64,000 bases of DNA from Atopostipes sp. (GTDB lineage Bacteria; Bacillota; Bacilli; Lactobacillales; Carnobacteriaceae_A), in NCBI GenBank assembly GCA_036752165.1, contig DAIOTF010000001.1, positions 4,485 to 68,484 of the forward strand, in the 5' to 3' direction. Positions 41,051-51,703 of the stretch are shown one piece after another; position 1 is the first letter of the stretch; the number at the start of each line of letters is the position of its first letter. The notes under the pieces were generated by a model that searched no databases, was not told the DNA's origin, and saw nothing but the letters and a program-made list of their open reading frames with translations. The position numbers were made by a program, and so were the translations under genes.

Positions 41051-41698
41051 TTATGATTTATCCTTTGCATCCCTTAATATCGACTGATATTGTTTGAGTT
41101 TTTCATCATAGACTTGAACATCTCCAGCCCCAATATCATAATGCCAAGCTTCGACAATTAAGTTATTGTGCTCTATTCTTTTTTGAATACTAGGATACTC
41201 TTTCAACCGATTAAGTTGAGTAACTACATTTATTTTTTCCATCAATTCAGCTTTTTCTAAATAACTTAGTGCTTCATTTTGGCTCTCAATTTGCTGACGA
41301 ATTTTATCTAAAGGTTTTAAGTATTCTTTTACGTTAGGTAAGTGGGAAATATTTTCTATGCCATTCATAGCGGCTGCACAGCCTCCGCAATTAGAATGTC
41401 CACAGACAATAATCTGTTCGACTTCCAATACTTCTAAAGCAAACTCAATCGCAGATGCTGTATTTAAATCTGTGGTTTGTTTCGAATATATAGGTACTGT
41501 ATTTGCTATATTACGGACTACAAATACATCGCCTGGATGACTGTCTGTCAATATTTCTGGACTTACTCTAGAATCCGAACAAGCAATGAACAGGGTATGA
41601 GGATGTTGCTGGTTTTCTAATTCTTTATATAAATTTTTATATTTTTTATAAGAAGCATTTTTAAAATGTTCTAAGCCTTTTCGAAGCCTTGAATTCAT
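41051..41698 (-). CDS. Beta-class carbonic anhydrase
   Basis: ACSDSRV, FVVRNIAN and CGHSNCG zinc ligands. Confidence 0.93.
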   Translation of the reverse strand: MNSRLRKGLEHFKNASYKKYKNLYKELENQQHPHTLFIACSDSRVSPEILTDSHPGDVFVVRNIANTVPIYSKQTTDLNTASAIEFALEVLEVEQIIVCGHSNCGGCAAAMNGIENISHLPNVKEYLKPLDKIRQQIESQNEALSYLEKAELMEKINVVTQLNRLKEYPSIQKRIEHNNLIVEAWHYDIGAGDVQVYDEKLKQYQSILRDAKDKS

Positions 41699-41935
41699 TG
41701 CATCACCTCCAAATATCTGCTAGATTACGTTCTCTACTATACCATATTTTACAACTGCAATTATACAATATTAGTAATTCTATTCTATTTATCTCATTTT
41801 TCTTAAAAAGTTCACAATTTTTTTAATTTTAACAGAAAAATACTAGAATATTTAATGCATACATGGTATTCTATTAGTCGCAATGTATTTATTAAATAGT
41901 AAATACGTATCTTTTTCTGATTTGGAGGGAATGAC

Positions 41936-42088
41936 ATGCGCGTAAACATTACTTTAGAATGTACTGAATGTGGAGAACAAAACTACATTTCTACAAAAAA
42001 CAGACAAACAAATGATCAACGTCTAGAAATGATGAAATACTGCCCACGTGAACGTAAACAAACGTTACACCGTGAGACGAAAAAATAA
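41936..42088 (+). CDS. rpmG: 50S ribosomal protein L33 (absent from the ORF track)
   Basis: Manual translation [50 protein letters not shown], with GGAGGG RBS. Confidence 0.96.
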   Translation: MRVNITLECTECGEQNYISTKNRQTNDQRLEMMKYCPRERKQTLHRETKK

Positions 42089-42098
42089 GGTTAAAGCA

Positions 42099-42133
42099 AA
42101 AAAGAGGAGATTCTAGCGAATCTCCTCTTTTTT
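42099..42133. terminator. Bidirectional terminator between rpmG and the PBP gene
   Basis: AAAAAGAGGAGATTC...GAATCTCCTCTTTTT. Confidence 0.85.
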
Positions 42134-42140
42134 ATTCTTC

Positions 42141-44264
42141 TCATTCATCTTCAGTATCATCAGATGCATTTGAATCTTCTGCATACTTACCAACTTTAAA
42201 ATAAGCATCCATTATTTCTCTCGACATTAGCGTATGATCGTATCCTTTATTATTATTAGGTAAATAAGGAATAGTAACTGCAATAGCTATCTCAGGATCT
42301 TCGTATGGCGCATAACCTACAAATGTCATATTCGTTACAGATGTTCCATTGAATTGTTTTTTATTTTCTTCGTTTGAATAATAGAAGGCCTCAGCAGTAC
42401 CTGTTTTCCCTGCTGCCGCATAAGGAGCTCCTTCGAAAGCCACAGGACCATATCCATAATTACCATTAATTACACGACGCATTCCATATTGCACACGCTC
42501 CATTTGTTCATCGGTGACATCAATGTAATTCATGATTTTAGGCGGTATCTCTTGGATTAATTCCCCTACTTCACCCGATTCTGGATCCGTTCCTCTAATT
42601 TCAGAAACTAACCGTGGGGCAAAACGTGTGCCTCCATTTGCCATTGTTGCTGAAAACTGGGCGAGTTGAAGAGGTGTATACGTATCAAATTGCCCAAAAG
42701 ATAAGAACATAACTAAACCAGGATCTGGGTTAGGTCCTAATTGGCCTATACTCTCATTAAGAATTATTCCTGTTTGAGTGCCTAAACCAAATTGACGATA
42801 ATACTGCCGCATTTTATTAGCGGTAGCTTCAGGATCTATACCCACGGGCTGACGTTGTTGGAAATTATAAAATCCTCCCATGCGCATAGCTAAAATAGAC
42901 ATGTAAATGTTTGATGAATACTCTAATGCAGTAATATCATTCATTGGGCGACTTCCACTTGGATTAAATAAAGAAGTGATTAATTGGGTATCAGGAATAT
43001 CTAATGGTGTATCAATAATTGTATTGTTATCAACGGTGATAACTCCATCCATATAACCTGCTAATATGGTTGCTGGCTTTATTGATGACCCCATTGAAAA
43101 TCCACTCGAAATAACTCCTAAAGCATCATCTACCACTTCGCCTTTTTCATTTACTCGTTTCCCACTCATGGCTAGAATATCGCCGTTCTTGGGATTCATC
43201 GCTACTGCATAAACACTTTCGTTTAATCCTCGGCGTTTGCCTAAAACATCTAAAACAATTTCATCCACATCTTCTTGAAAATCCATATCAATAGTTAATA
43301 CTAAATTATTTCCACTATTTCCATCATATATTTTTTCAGAATTGACAATGTCGCCATTATTATTTGTTTCAGTTTTTGCTTTAGATTTACTTCCACGAAG
43401 TACTTCTTCATAAACTGCTTCAATATAACTTGTACCGACTCGATCGTTGCGAGAATATCCTTTTGCTCGGTAGGAATTGACATCGGAAGCTGGTAAACCT
43501 TGTTCTTCAGAAGAAACACCTCCTAGCACACTTCGCAAAACATCTCCTCTCGGATAAATTCGATCCCAATCATGACCAGTAGATATACCCGGAAGCATGG
43601 AAGAGTACTCACTTACTCGTGCCACTTCATCTTCAGTGACATCTTGATTCTTTATATTTACTGTACTTAATGTATAAGCACTATTCATTTTTGTAAAAAT
43701 TGCTGCTGCTTTTAAATCGATTTCTGAAAAGTTCATTAGCTCTGCTTCGTTAATCAATTCTAATGAGTCATTATAAGAAAATTTTGTCAAGCTTATATCA
43801 TTTTCCGAAACATACGTATTTATTCTTTCTTCCATTAATTCTTTATTTGTAGCATAGAAATAATCCTTTAAATCACGCATAGTTAAATCACTATCATCCT
43901 CTTCAAAGGGTGAAGTATGCGGTATATCTATAAGCTCTGCTAGTTTACGTGCGGTCTCAGCTATATTTTCTACTTTCGTATTTGAAGTACCACGCGTATA
44001 CATAATCGTTTTTTTTGCTTCATTACCTACAATCAGTTGATGATTTGCGTCAACAATTCCACCGCGTGGAACATTCCCAGTAATAATCGTACTCTCTGTT
44101 CGACCAACTTCCGCTTGAAACTCTTCACCTTTAATTATTTGTAAAAAACCTGTTCTTAAAATTAAAGCGACAAATAATAAAAAGATAATAAAAAACAGTA
44201 AATTTAATCGAAAAGGTATATGTGAACGTACCCTGTCTTTTCGTTTGGTTTTAGGTGTTTCCAT
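42141..44264 (-). CDS. pbpA: Class B penicillin-binding protein (PbpA/PBP2b-like elongation PBP)
   Basis: N-terminal TM (HIPFRLNLLFF), PRG.I.D, SSIK, SSN, FGQFDTYTPLQL and KTGT. Confidence 0.88.
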   Translation of the reverse strand: METPKTKRKDRVRSHIPFRLNLLFFIIFLLFVALILRTGFLQIIKGEEFQAEVGRTESTIITGNVPRGGIVDANHQLIVGNEAKKTIMYTRGTSNTKVENIAETARKLAELIDIPHTSPFEEDDSDLTMRDLKDYFYATNKELMEERINTYVSENDISLTKFSYNDSLELINEAELMNFSEIDLKAAAIFTKMNSAYTLSTVNIKNQDVTEDEVARVSEYSSMLPGISTGHDWDRIYPRGDVLRSVLGGVSSEEQGLPASDVNSYRAKGYSRNDRVGTSYIEAVYEEVLRGSKSKAKTETNNNGDIVNSEKIYDGNSGNNLVLTIDMDFQEDVDEIVLDVLGKRRGLNESVYAVAMNPKNGDILAMSGKRVNEKGEVVDDALGVISSGFSMGSSIKPATILAGYMDGVITVDNNTIIDTPLDIPDTQLITSLFNPSGSRPMNDITALEYSSNIYMSILAMRMGGFYNFQQRQPVGIDPEATANKMRQYYRQFGLGTQTGIILNESIGQLGPNPDPGLVMFLSFGQFDTYTPLQLAQFSATMANGGTRFAPRLVSEIRGTDPESGEVGELIQEIPPKIMNYIDVTDEQMERVQYGMRRVINGNYGYGPVAFEGAPYAAAGKTGTAEAFYYSNEENKKQFNGTSVTNMTFVGYAPYEDPEIAIAVTIPYLPNNNKGYDHTLMSREIMDAYFKVGKYAEDSNASDDTEDE

Positions 44265-44376
44265 AATTTTTCCCTCATTTGTTTTCGTGAATCTAAATAA
44301 CCTATACGATAGTTTAACAAAATAAAGAAGTTATTGCATCAAAATTAAAAATATTCTAAAAATATTCACAATGAAC

Positions 44377-44420
44377 AAAAAAACTCTAACAGTAAATGGA
44401 TAACCACTTCCTGTTAGAGC
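44377..44420 (-). terminator. sodA terminator
   Basis: AAAAAACTCTAACAG...CTGTTAGAG. Confidence 0.7.
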
Positions 44421-44441
44421 TTTAAACTTATTTATTTCTAC

Positions 44442-45050
44442 TTATTTTGCTTCTTCATACCTTCTTGCTACTTCATCCCAATTAACAACTTCCCAGAATG
44501 CATCTACATAAGCAGGACGTTTATTTTGGTAATTTAAGTAGTAAGCATGTTCCCAAACATCCACACCTAAAATTGGTGTTTGACCGTCTGTTAATGGAGA
44601 ATCTTGGTTTGGTGTGTTAACTACTTTTAACTCACCATTTTCTACGACTAGCCATCCCCAACCCGATCCAAATTGACCAGTTGCAGCAGTTTTAACTTCA
44701 TCTTTTAAGTTATCTAAACTTCCAAAAGTTTCATTGATAGCATCTGCTAATTCGCCTGCCGGTTCTCCACCGCCATTTGGTGACATAATTTCCCAGAATA
44801 ATGAATGGTTCGCATGTCCACCACCGTTATTTCGTACAGCAGTACGAATGTCTTCTGGTACTTCATCTAATTTTGCCACTAGCTCTTCAATAGATAAGTT
44901 TTGTAAATCATCGTGTCCTTCTAGAGCTTTATTGACATTTTCCACATATGTGTTGTGATGTTTATCGTGATGTAACTTCATTGTCTCCTCATCAATATGT
45001 GGCTCCAATGCATCATAAGCATAAGGTAAATCTGGTAATTTGTAAGTCAT
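44442..45050 (-). CDS. sodA: Superoxide dismutase (Mn-type likely)
   Basis: [26 protein letters not shown] and DVWEHAYY. Confidence 0.95.
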   Translation of the reverse strand: MTYKLPDLPYAYDALEPHIDEETMKLHHDKHHNTYVENVNKALEGHDDLQNLSIEELVAKLDEVPEDIRTAVRNNGGGHANHSLFWEIMSPNGGGEPAGELADAINETFGSLDNLKDEVKTAATGQFGSGWGWLVVENGELKVVNTPNQDSPLTDGQTPILGVDVWEHAYYLNYQNKRPAYVDAFWEVVNWDEVARRYEEAK

Positions 45051-45198
45051 AAATAAAATTCCTCCTTGGAAAATTTTAATCTTTCATTCATTATTAACTG
45101 TAGCACAATAAAAGAAGAAGGTAAAATATTTAGCACTAAATAGAGACTTTCTTAATAAAAGGTACATTTAGAGGTGCAAGAGAGTGGATTTAAATCTT

Positions 45199-45792
45199 TT
45201 AGTAACTTATATTCCTGCTTTTTAACACTTTCGCTAAAGGTATAGCTAATAAAGGTAAAATTACCATACTCGCCACAGCTTCTATTAAACCATTTGTAAC
45301 AACTACCGTACCTAGTGCTCCTAAAACAGCTGATTCAGGAATACCCGTCGCATTTGCATAGGCCTCTACTGCAAATAAGTAAATACTACCTAAAACAAGC
45401 ACTGTGTTTAATAATGTTCCGATTAAAGCAGTAATCGAATATGCCCAGCGATCTGATAATTTCTTTCGAATAAATAAAAATAAAAGTGCACTTAATAATC
45501 CTACTAATAATCGTGGAAGCACTGATATTAAAGGATTTTGGAAAAATACATTCGTAATAGAAGGTTGTACATACGAACGAGTCATACTCAGTAACCCCCA
45601 AGAAGCTCCTATAATAGTACCTGTCTTAGGACCAAATAAAATAGCGGCTAGTATAACAGTAATATGTACAATGGTAATATCAATAGCTCCAAGTGGGATA
45701 TACCCTAATACTGGCACAAACGTTTGAATAATTAAAATAGCTAAAAACATACTTATAACAGTCATATGAAATACTTTATTACTTTGTTTCAT
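45199..45792 (-). CDS. ECF transporter S component (PanT-like)
   Basis: Multi-TM protein with LGYIP...TIVHI.V, NPLISVLPR, GTLLNT.LVL and TNGLIEA. Confidence 0.8.
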   Translation of the reverse strand: MKQSNKVFHMTVISMFLAILIIQTFVPVLGYIPLGAIDITIVHITVILAAILFGPKTGTIIGASWGLLSMTRSYVQPSITNVFFQNPLISVLPRLLVGLLSALLFLFIRKKLSDRWAYSITALIGTLLNTVLVLGSIYLFAVEAYANATGIPESAVLGALGTVVVTNGLIEAVASMVILPLLAIPLAKVLKSRNISY

Positions 45793-46032
45793 TTTTTCAC
45801 CTACTATACTTTCTTGTTAATTAATATTTTAAAAACCTTTATTCGCAACCCTATATAGTTTAGTATATTTCTTAAGAAAACGCATTATTTTTTAACTATT
45901 CTTTAAATAAGTTCTATAAGAAAAAATTATAGATAGCTTAATTTAGAGAATTTAATTGTCAATTTAATTTTTACTTTACATGAGTATCTGATAAGATATC
46001 ATAATGAATGAGTTAATTAAGGAGATTTAACA

Positions 46033-46821
46033 ATGATTTATTATATAAAACAGACAATAACCAATCCCAAAGAAATTTATGTGGGCAGGAACATGAAAAA
46101 CTCACATTTTTTATCCATTCTATTTTTATTAGCAACAACTTTAACTTTTTTGTCCTTCTTTGAATTCTATCCCATTTTAAAAGGAATGCAAGAAGATATT
46201 ACGGAAGTTAAACAGGCAATCCCAGACTTTACCTTGCAAAATAAGCAGCTAGAAAGCCATTCTGAAAGCTTTGTTTATCAAACAGATACCTTGCTTTTTT
46301 ATTTTGATCCGGAAGATAAAATTAATACTGAGACTATTGTTCGAAATATGAATTCGGGCTCTATACCTGTTTCTGTCGGGTTATTAAAGGATGAGTTAGT
46401 ATTAGATGTTTTGAATCAAAATTTTTCTATGGCATACGATAGTATAACTAACTTTACTACAGATGATTTATTAGAAATGATAGAAAGTTTTGGTGAATTT
46501 TCGCCTCTATTCTTGTTATTTCTTTTTGTGTTTTTAATCGTTTATAACCTCATGATGTATATCATTCAATTTTTTCCGATTGTCTTATTTTCAAATATCG
46601 TTTCCGTTTATAGAAGGACAGGTTTACGCTTTTTACAAACAGCTAAAGTTGCTTTATTAGCCACAATCCTCCCATCTCTTGGCCTTTATATTGTGAATGC
46701 TTTTTTCTTCAATGTCTATTACCATTTAGAAATATTAATTGTCAGTTCGGTCTTTATTTACTATTTAAGTATGACCGAAATGAAAACTCGGATGCAGAAT
46801 CCATCCGACATAGAAAATTAA
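46033..46821 (+). CDS. DUF1189-like membrane protein
   Basis: N-terminal TM, IPDF..N..L, a FDP motif and three C-terminal TMs. AAGGAG RBS. Confidence 0.7.
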   Translation: MIYYIKQTITNPKEIYVGRNMKNSHFLSILFLLATTLTFLSFFEFYPILKGMQEDITEVKQAIPDFTLQNKQLESHSESFVYQTDTLLFYFDPEDKINTETIVRNMNSGSIPVSVGLLKDELVLDVLNQNFSMAYDSITNFTTDDLLEMIESFGEFSPLFLLFLFVFLIVYNLMMYIIQFFPIVLFSNIVSVYRRTGLRFLQTAKVALLATILPSLGLYIVNAFFFNVYYHLEILIVSSVFIYYLSMTEMKTRMQNPSDIEN

Positions 46822-46827
46822 CAAGTA

Positions 46828-46856
46828 AAGCCCATTTCATTTTTTGAAATGGGCTT
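46828..46856. terminator. Bidirectional terminator
   Basis: AAGCCCATTTCA-loop-TGAAATGGGCTT between convergent genes. Confidence 0.75.
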
Positions 46857-46863
46857 AAATCTT

Positions 46864-48183
46864 TTATTTTCTTCTATTGCGGCGCTGTTCTTCACGTCGA
46901 TTAACTGCATTTTTTTTCTTTCTTTTTGTTCGAAGCTTTCTCTTGTAACCGGGTTTAATATTTTTCTTTGCTTTATGAGCCATTCCTGCGATTTCACCGT
47001 CGTATTCAAGTTTATTACTCTTCTTTTTTCTCTTCGTACGACGTTTAGGAGCATTCACAATCTCATGGTTTTTAAGTGTTTTTTCTTCAAACTTAATTCC
47101 CATATTTTCTATAACAGTAATATCGTCTTCTTCACCTGGAGAATAAAGCGTAATAGCAATTCCAGGTAAATTATTTCGACCTGTACGTCCTACTCGGTGA
47201 ACAAAATAAGATAAGTCTTGTGGTACCTCAGCATTAATAACATGTGAGACCCCTTCAATATCAATTCCACGAGCAGCTAAATCTGTGGCTACAATGTATT
47301 GATAATCAAGATTGTGGATACTTCTCATCACACGTCTTCTCTCTCGAGAGTCTAATCCACCGTGTAATACACCAACATTCAGGTTTTTCTCTAATAATTT
47401 ATTCGCTAAATCTTCTACGTTTTCTTGCGTGTTTGCAAAGATTAACACCAGGTACGGATTTCCTATAGTCAAAATTTCATAAATAATGTCAAAACGATCT
47501 TTACTTTTTGTAGAAATTAGCCAATTTTGTACTAAATCTGAAATAACTTCTTTATTTTCGATTTCAATCGTTATTGGATTATTCATATACTTTTGTAAAA
47601 ATGGTTGCAATTTTTGCGGGATAGTTGCTGAAAATACTAAAAATTGGCTCTCTTTTGGAATAGTTCCTGCAATATTATCTACTTCTTCAATAAATCCTAA
47701 ATCAAGTGTCATATCTGCTTCATCAACTACCATTGCGAAGGCAGTATGTGTTTTAAGTGCATTCGCTTTGACTAAATCATTCAATCGGCCTGGCGTTCCA
47801 ATGACGATATGTGGTTGAGAAGATTGTAAGCTTTCAATTTGACGATTTTTATCTGTACCGCCAATAAAACGCGAAACAACAATTTTCCAAGGTGCTTTTT
47901 CAGTTAGTTGAACAGCTGCTTGATACAATTGTTCGGCTAACTCACGACTTGGTGCTGTAATTACAATTTGTACTTCGTCTTTCTCTTCATCTAATTGGTT
48001 AATTAAAGGTAACAAGAATGCATGAGTTTTTCCAGATCCTGTCTTTGATTGACCGATTAGATCTCTATTCGATTGAATTTGTTCAATTACTTCTTTTTGG
48101 ATATCGGTTGGCTTTGTAAAATGTAACTCTTCGATGGCTTCTAACAAATATGGTTCTAAATTAAAATCTTTAAATGTTGTCAT
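46864..48183 (-). CDS. cshB: DEAD-box RNA helicase CshB
   Basis: TGSGKTHAFLLP, PSRELA, DEADM, SAT, HRVGRTGR and a basic tail with KPGYK. Confidence 0.9.
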   Translation of the reverse strand: MTTFKDFNLEPYLLEAIEELHFTKPTDIQKEVIEQIQSNRDLIGQSKTGSGKTHAFLLPLINQLDEEKDEVQIVITAPSRELAEQLYQAAVQLTEKAPWKIVVSRFIGGTDKNRQIESLQSSQPHIVIGTPGRLNDLVKANALKTHTAFAMVVDEADMTLDLGFIEEVDNIAGTIPKESQFLVFSATIPQKLQPFLQKYMNNPITIEIENKEVISDLVQNWLISTKSKDRFDIIYEILTIGNPYLVLIFANTQENVEDLANKLLEKNLNVGVLHGGLDSRERRRVMRSIHNLDYQYIVATDLAARGIDIEGVSHVINAEVPQDLSYFVHRVGRTGRNNLPGIAITLYSPGEEDDITVIENMGIKFEEKTLKNHEIVNAPKRRTKRKKKSNKLEYDGEIAGMAHKAKKNIKPGYKRKLRTKRKKKNAVNRREEQRRNRRK

Positions 48184-48348
48184 AAAAACTCTCCTAACTA
48201 GATTTCGAATCCTATTCTACCAGAGTATTCGCCTATGCGCTAGTGATTAATCATTAGAAAGATTAGTATACTATTAAAACTGATTTGCTTATATTGAAAA
48301 TAAAAAGTAAAATAGAAAATATGTTAAATTAGAAAAGGAGATTGTGAC

Positions 48349-49797
48349 ATGTCTCAAAATGAAAAAGCATTATTTATTATATTCGGAAGTACAGGTGACT
48401 TAGCTTATCGTAGACTTTATCCTGCATTGTACTACTTGTACTCTAAAAATATTTTAAAAAATAATTTCGCAGTCATAGGAACTGCTCGTCGAGAATGGAC
48501 GGATGAACATTATCGTTCTGTCATTCAAGAAGCGATTGAAGATATTAAAGTGTCCGATGAAGATGCTTTAGAATTTTCCAAGCATTTTTATTATCAATCG
48601 CATAACGTAAATGATACTGATCATTACCATAAGCTGCGTGACTTGGCGGATCAATTAGATGAAGAGTATAAAATTGGTGGAAACCGCATGTTTTACTTAT
48701 CGATGTCCCCCAACTTTTTCGGTACGATTACCTCACACTTAAAATCAGAGGAATTAGTTACTGATAAAGGTTATGACCGAGTCATTATCGAAAAACCTTT
48801 TGGGACGGAATATGAGAATTCAAATCAATTAAATAACGATATTTTAAACGCTTTTGATGAAGAACAAATTTATCGAATTGATCATTATCTTGGAAAAGAG
48901 ATGATTCAGTCATTAATGGCTTTACGCTTTACAAATCCTATCTTTAAGCCGATTTGGAATAATAATTACATTTCAAATATTCAAATAACCCTAGCCGAAG
49001 ATTTGGGCGTTGATACTCGAGGTGCTTTTTACGAGCAAAGCGGTGCCCTAAGAGATATGGTTCAAAACCATATACTTCAAATTGTCAGCTATCTTTTGAT
49101 GGAAGAGCCTACTTCCTTTAATTCAAAAGAAATTACGAAAAGTAAAGTACAAGCTTTAAAAGATTTGAAACGTGTTCATCCTGAAAACATTGATAAACTT
49201 TTTGTACGTGGCCAGTACACGTACTCAGATAATTTCCCAGAAATTCTAGATTATTTATCTGAAAATGAAGTAGCAGAAGATTCTGACGTAGAGACTTTTG
49301 TTGCGGGAAAAATTGAATCACTGAATCCTAACTGGGAGCAGGTGCCTTTATACATCCGAACAGGTAAAAGAATGGCGGATAAATGTACACGCATTGACAT
49401 TGTCTTTAAAAATGAAGATTCTTCTTTATTCTCAAAAGATGAGTTGTCAAAGAATGTATTAACGATACACATTGGGCCTGAAGAAGGCATTGTTCTGCAA
49501 ATCAATCATAAGAAAATTGGTTTAGAGTATGATCTTGAACCCATCCAATTGAAACATAAAGTGCAAGGCGAAGTTCCTGATGACTACGAAAAACTAATAT
49601 TGAATGCTTTAAAAGGAAACAAAACAAATTTTGTCCATTGGAATGAAGTTGCTGAATCTTGGAAATATATTGATGACATTAAAAATGCTTGGAATTTAAA
49701 TCCAAGCAAACCCTATAAATATCCTGTGAATTCAAATGGTCCTAAAGAAGCGCACGAACTTCTTGAAAAAGACGGTAATGAATGGATCTGGAGATGA
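48349..49797 (+). CDS. zwf: Glucose-6-phosphate 1-dehydrogenase
   Basis: FGSTGDLA, IIEKPFG, RIDHYLGKE and DMVQNH. Confidence 0.96.
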   Translation: MSQNEKALFIIFGSTGDLAYRRLYPALYYLYSKNILKNNFAVIGTARREWTDEHYRSVIQEAIEDIKVSDEDALEFSKHFYYQSHNVNDTDHYHKLRDLADQLDEEYKIGGNRMFYLSMSPNFFGTITSHLKSEELVTDKGYDRVIIEKPFGTEYENSNQLNNDILNAFDEEQIYRIDHYLGKEMIQSLMALRFTNPIFKPIWNNNYISNIQITLAEDLGVDTRGAFYEQSGALRDMVQNHILQIVSYLLMEEPTSFNSKEITKSKVQALKDLKRVHPENIDKLFVRGQYTYSDNFPEILDYLSENEVAEDSDVETFVAGKIESLNPNWEQVPLYIRTGKRMADKCTRIDIVFKNEDSSLFSKDELSKNVLTIHIGPEEGIVLQINHKKIGLEYDLEPIQLKHKVQGEVPDDYEKLILNALKGNKTNFVHWNEVAESWKYIDDIKNAWNLNPSKPYKYPVNSNGPKEAHELLEKDGNEWIWR

Positions 49798-49802
49798 ATT
49801 TT

Positions 49803-49834
49803 AAGGCAAAGAGAGTAATACTCCTTTGCCTTTT
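49803..49834 (+). terminator. zwf terminator
   Basis: AAGGCAAAG...CTTTGCCTTTT. Confidence 0.75.
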
Positions 49835-49933
49835 GTATTTGCCCTCAGTGAGTTGTTTTGATATAATGTCATAGCTATTTATACTAGGAAACTAAAAGAA
49901 TAAAAATATAGAATGATTAAAGGAGGTGTTGAG

Positions 49934-51634
49934 TTGGATTATAAATTAAAAATCGCTGAAGATTTATCCACTCAACTTAAAGAGCATTTAACAACAGAAG
50001 AAATCGCTTCTTTGCTAGAAAAACCAAAACACGAAGAACATGGTGATCTCGCATTTCCTACTTTTCAATTAGCAAAAGTATTCCGCAAAAATCCAGCTGA
50101 AATCGCATCCGATATTGCACAGGACTTTTCTTCTGATATTGTTGAAAAAGTAGAAGTTGTCGGTCCTTACCTAAACTTTTACTTAAGTAAAGCCGAAGTA
50201 AGTGCAGAAGTTCTGGGTGAGGTTCTTTCTCAGAAAGAAAATTACGGTGCTTTGGATATCGGTAAAGGGAAAAATATTCCAATTGATATGTCTTCACCGA
50301 ATATTGCAAAACCAATGTCGATGGGGCACCTGCGCTCAACAGTTATAGGGAATGCCCTAGCGAATATTTTAGAAAAAATTGGATTCACTCCGATTAAAAT
50401 TAACTACTTAGGAGATTGGGGAACCCAATTTGGTCGATTAATCACGGCTTATAAATTATGGGGAAACGAAGACGCTGTTCGTGCAAACCCAATCACTGAA
50501 TTAAATGAGTTATACGTTCGATTTCATGAAGAGCTTGAAGAAGACCCAGAATTAGAAGAAGTAGGACGCTCATGGTTTAGAAAGCTTGAAGCTGGAGATC
50601 CAGAAGCTACTGAATTATGGCGTTGGTTCCGCGAAGAGTCGTTGAATGCATTTAATCAAGTCTACGACCGCTTAGGGGTCACATTTGATTCGTACAATGG
50701 TGAATCTTTCTACAACGATAAAATGGATGAAGTTGTAGAAATTTTAGAAGAAAAAAGCTTACTAGTTGAAGACCAAGGAGCTGAGGTTGTTCGGTTAGAT
50801 GCGCACGATTTACAACCTGCTTTAATTAAAAAACAAGACGGCGCTACTTTATATATTACGCGTGATCTTGCTTCTGCTTTATACCGTAAACGCACATATG
50901 ATTTTTCTGAAGCTTTATATGTCGTTGGACAAGATCAAATTTATCATTTCAGACAATTAAAAGCAGTTCTTCAAGAAATGAATTATGAATGGGAAGAAGA
51001 TATCCACCACATTATCTTTGGATTGATTTCAATTGATGGTGAAAAAATGTCTACACGACGTGGGAAAGTTGTCCTACTCGAAGATGTATTAGATGAAGCT
51101 GTTGAACGTGCAGCAAGTCAAATTAATGAAAAGAATCCAGGTTTAGAAAATAAAGAAGAAGTTGCTGAGCAGGTTGGTGTAGGAGCAGTAGTTTTCCATG
51201 ATTTACAACATGACCGTCGCAATGATTTTAACTTTAATCTAGATGATATCGTTCAATTCGAAGGTGAAACTGGACCTTACGTTCAATATACACGTGCGAG
51301 AGCCTTGAGTATTTTAAAGAAAGCTGGAGTGAAACCAGAAGACTTTAACAAGCAGATGGAGCTTTCCCTCACTGACAACTATAGCTGGAGTGTCGTTAAA
51401 CTCATTCAGTCGTTTACAAGCGTATTGGAACGTGCATACCGTGAATACGAGCCTTCTATCATTGCAAAACATGCTTTAAGCTTGGCTCAAGCGTTTAACC
51501 GATTCTACGCAAACGTCCGGGTATTAGATGATTCTCCAGAAAGAGATAGTCGTCTAGCATTAGCTTACGCTGTTGCAATAATGTTAGAAGAAGATTTAAG
51601 ATTATTAGGTGTGCAAGCACCCGATGAAATGTAG
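49934..51634 (+). CDS. argS: Arginine--tRNA ligase
   Basis: [32 protein letters not shown] and GPYVQY. TTG at 49934 follows AAAGGAGG. Confidence 0.96.
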   Translation: MDYKLKIAEDLSTQLKEHLTTEEIASLLEKPKHEEHGDLAFPTFQLAKVFRKNPAEIASDIAQDFSSDIVEKVEVVGPYLNFYLSKAEVSAEVLGEVLSQKENYGALDIGKGKNIPIDMSSPNIAKPMSMGHLRSTVIGNALANILEKIGFTPIKINYLGDWGTQFGRLITAYKLWGNEDAVRANPITELNELYVRFHEELEEDPELEEVGRSWFRKLEAGDPEATELWRWFREESLNAFNQVYDRLGVTFDSYNGESFYNDKMDEVVEILEEKSLLVEDQGAEVVRLDAHDLQPALIKKQDGATLYITRDLASALYRKRTYDFSEALYVVGQDQIYHFRQLKAVLQEMNYEWEEDIHHIIFGLISIDGEKMSTRRGKVVLLEDVLDEAVERAASQINEKNPGLENKEEVAEQVGVGAVVFHDLQHDRRNDFNFNLDDIVQFEGETGPYVQYTRARALSILKKAGVKPEDFNKQMELSLTDNYSWSVVKLIQSFTSVLERAYREYEPSIIAKHALSLAQAFNRFYANVRVLDDSPERDSRLALAYAVAIMLEEDLRLLGVQAPDEM

Positions 51635-51644
51635 TCAATAGAAC

Positions 51645-51697
51645 AAAAAGAGTTCTCTTCTCTACTACTGAAAAGTAGAGAAATGAGAACTCTTTTT
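51645..51697. terminator. Bidirectional terminator
   Basis: AAAAAGAGTTCTC-TTCTCTACT...AGTAGAGAA-GAGAACTCTTTTT. Confidence 0.8.
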
Positions 51698-51703
51698 CGA
51701 TTT

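Noticed and set aside
45793..46032. Possible riboswitch upstream of the ECF S component
   Set aside because: Extremely AT-rich, with no stable helices or recognisable aptamer. Consistent with divergent promoters.
49835..49933. No T-box upstream of argS
   Set aside because: The region is short with a plain promoter, and many argS genes lack T-boxes.
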